This document shows, one piece after another, positions 61,429 to 64,000 of a stretch of 64,000 nucleotides of DNA. Under the pieces are notes generated by a model. That model had not been told where the DNA came from. It ran no database searches and saw only the letters and a list, made by a program, of their open reading frames with translations. Within the stretch, counting starts at the first letter, position 1, and every line of letters starts with the position of its first letter. Origin of the DNA: Macrostomum lignano (lineage: Eukaryota); contig NIVC01000356.1 of assembly GCA_002269645.1 (NCBI GenBank), positions 496,001-560,000 on the forward strand. Reading direction: 5' to 3'. Made by a program: the position numbers and the translations under genes.

Positions 61429-61842
61429 CACAGATACTTGAATAACTAGATGGGCCACTCAGCACATTTGCGTGTGAACTACTTTCAGTTCAGTAGTAAG
61501 TTAAACAGAAGCATTTTAATGTATTTTTAAAGCCAAGGCTCATTTATTGGCTCTTACCCCCAGCTTAAACCCTCCAATCGAGCCTTTAACACTACCCCCC
61601 CCCCCGCCACCCAATTTTTATTGCCTTTCAGTGGACTGGCTAATGTACATTATTGCTGAACCAATTAGCAAGCTGTTTACGCCTGCAAGCTTGGGCTTCT
61701 AAACTTATCAAAGTCATTTCAGCTGCCTTTATTTTTTATAAAATAGCTTATGTATTCTTCTTTGCTACTGAACTGAAAGTAGAAAGCCTTTTTACTAAGC
61801 ATATATGCCTGAGTGGCTGATCTAGTTATTCTAGTATCTGTG
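61429..61842. mobile_element. 414-bp MITE, inverted copy of 11808-12224
   Basis: Same TIR; 8-bp TSD GTGTGAAT at 61421-61428 and 61843-61850. Confidence 0.9.
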
Positions 61843-62544
61843 GTGTGAATTGAGCAAAATTAACAAGAGATATCCAAGTGCACTCGCGTGATAAATTTTA
61901 TACGAATAGAATAATCTCTTGACTAGCTGTTTTTTCTTAATAATACGACGCCACATCCGGAATGAATGAATCATCGAATTTAAATTCTAAGGTTTTTTGT
62001 AACAAAAAAATACGCTTGTAATTCGTGATAGCAGCACGCGAGTATTCGTAGCAATCTATTTTAGCAGTACACAAATATAAAGTAGAAATCTAAATGAATG
62101 AAAATTTACAGTTAGAAAACAGAATGTACACGCAAATTTAATTAATGTACCAGCTACTCATTGACTTGTATATTAACAAAACACACTTATTTCTACAACA
62201 TAATAACAGCTACTAGTTGAAAGACGGTGATTCGCACGGACGGAACCAAATTAAAGTAGATAAAAAATACAGACAAATACATGCCTTAGTTAGGTACACA
62301 TATTTACCTATGGCGATTGGCAACTGGAGTTATATTCAAAATTAAATTAAGTGCAAACAAACTCAGATGATTTATTTTTAGGTAGAGAAAGATCAGGGCA
62401 CCAAGAAGGTCCACGCTTCTACGGTAGTACCGTAAGACACTGAGGCAGTTAGTTTATCAAAGACTGTTCGGTCCTGCCTCCTGATATATAGTCTGGTTTT
62501 TAGTCTAATGTCAGGTAATTATACAAGATACCGATACCTACACG

Positions 62545-63090
62545 AAGCAGTCTATGGTCAGGTATTCAGAGCAGTCTATGGTCAGGTACTCAGAGCAGTC
62601 TATGGTCAGGTACTCAGAGCAGTCTATGGTCAGGTACTCAGAGCAGTCTATGGGCAGGCACTCAGAGCAGTCTATGGTCAGGTACTCAGAGCAGTCTATG
62701 GTCAGGTACTCAGAGCAGTCTATGGTCAGGCACTCAGAGCAGTCTATGGTCAGGTACTCAGAGCAGTCTATGGTCAGGCACTCAGAGCAGTCTATGGTCA
62801 GGTACTCAGAGCAGTCTATGGTCAGGTACTCAGAGCAGTCTATGGGCAGGCACTCAGAGCAGTCTATGGTCAGGTACTCAGAGCAGTCCATGGTCAGGTA
62901 CTCAGAGCAGTCCATGGTCAGGTACTCAGAGCAGTCTATGGTCAGGTACTCAGAGCAGTCCATGGTCAGGTACTCAGAGCAGTCCATGGTCAGGTACTCA
63001 GAGCAGTCCATGGTCAGGTACTCAGAGCAGTCCATGGTCAGGTACTCAGAGCAGTCTATGGTCAGGTACTCAGAACAGTGTATGGTCAGG
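62545..63090. repeat. 24-bp minisatellite
   Basis: Unit CAGAGCAGTC(T/C)ATGGTCAGG(T/C)ACT. Confidence 0.95.
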
Positions 63091-63707
63091 TCTGATGCGG
63101 AGGCGGCGGCTGTCTCACCCCAGTGGCCGGATGGCCATTAGAGCGGCTAAAGCGATTAAGCCAGGCCCTGTGCCTGGCCAGCTTGTCCTCAGTTGACATG
63201 CCGGGCGTCACGGAGAACGCGGCCAAAGGCGACGCCAGCGAAGACGGCGGCGGAGGCGTACGAGGTGTGTTTAAGGACGACGGCGACGCCGGAGTTGGCG
63301 GAGTTGACACCAGCAGCAGCCGAGAGTCCATCATTGTCGTCGTGGTGACGGTCGGCTTTCTAGCCAGTCGCCAATCAAATGAAGTTGGCAAAAGCAGCGG
63401 CGAAGGCTGCTGCAAAGCAGGCGGGGGCGCCTGCGGCGGCTGCTGCTGCATAGAGACTAAGCCCATGATCCGTTCAACATCGCTGTTGAGCCGATTCAAT
63501 GAGCTCAGAATGTCGGCAGACGAATCGATGGGATTTGGACTGTGTGGCGGCTGCTGCTGCTGATTCAGGCGGTGACTGCGGCTGCCGCGGCGCTGCCGAC
63601 TCGGCTGTCGGTGGCCGCCGCTGCTGCTGTTGTTGCCCTGATCGGCGGCCAGCTGATGATGGGAGTGGTGCGGGACTCGATCGCGCCTGCGGCTGGATTG
63701 TCGATCG
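63086..63707 (-). CDS. Low-complexity exon of an unidentified gene entering from the right edge
   Basis: GC-rich open frame (P/Q/S-rich, STEDKLARHRAWLNRFSR), candidate acceptor at 63708-63709 and possible donor at 63118. No recognisable domain. Confidence 0.6.
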
Positions 63708-63824
63708 CTGAATGTTCGTAGCGTAGGGGGAGGGGGAGGGGAGTGAAGGCTGACGTTAAGAAATATGCAGCAGCAGTGAGCACCCAAAACTAGCGGCCGA
63801 ATTTGTCCTCAGATTCTCAGTCCG

Positions 63825-64000
63825 ATTGACGATTGCACACAAAACTCCAACCGATTGCACACAAAACTCCAACAGATTGCACACAAAACTCCAACAGATT
63901 GCACACAAAACTCCAACAGATTGCACACAAAACTCCAACAGATTGCACACAAAACTCCAACAGATTGCACACAAAACTCCAACCGATTGCACACAAAGCT
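63825..64000. repeat. 22-bp minisatellite, probably intronic
   Basis: Unit C(A/C)GATTGCACACAAAACTCCAA. Confidence 0.9.

Noticed and set aside
63080-63095. Second case of a minisatellite seeded at a stop codon
   Set aside because: A strong donor at 63118 makes it equally likely that the array is intronic, so it is not counted as support.
11017-64000. CRISPR-like appearance of the regular repeats
   Set aside because: Units are head-to-tail with no unique spacers, there are no cas genes, and the DNA is eukaryotic.

Overview
This is eukaryotic (animal) genomic DNA. GC-rich exons, polyQ/polyA tracts and minisatellite-filled introns suggest a free-living flatworm such as Macrostomum; this is inference, not a database hit. 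Nine or ten spliced genes can be assembled by hand with phase-consistent GT-AG introns. Minus strand, left edge: a PHD-FLYWCH-MULE (Mutator) transposase. Plus strand: a short BAP29/31, two near-identical TRAF2/3-type genes, an ANKRD11/12 orthologue and a DEG/ENaC channel. Minus strand, right half: co-oriented AFG1L, UQCC1 and a dienelactone hydrolase, plus an orphan exon. Between the exons lie about 25 unrelated minisatellite arrays, at least five non-autonomous DNA-transposon families with 8-bp TSDs, two SINE families and an RTE fragment. Most long ORFs in the track are minisatellite artefacts. Strongest leads: (1) a RIP-like CpA/TpG-to-TpA hypermutation signature, visible when SINE copies are aligned and in sharply bounded AT-rich blocks; (2) a candidate trans-spliced operon of mitochondrial proteins (AFG1L-UQCC1-DLH) in which UQCC1 has no local start codon; (3) minisatellites apparently seeded from a MITE end and from a gene's last codons; (4) TRAF duplicates whose differences concentrate in the zinc fingers.
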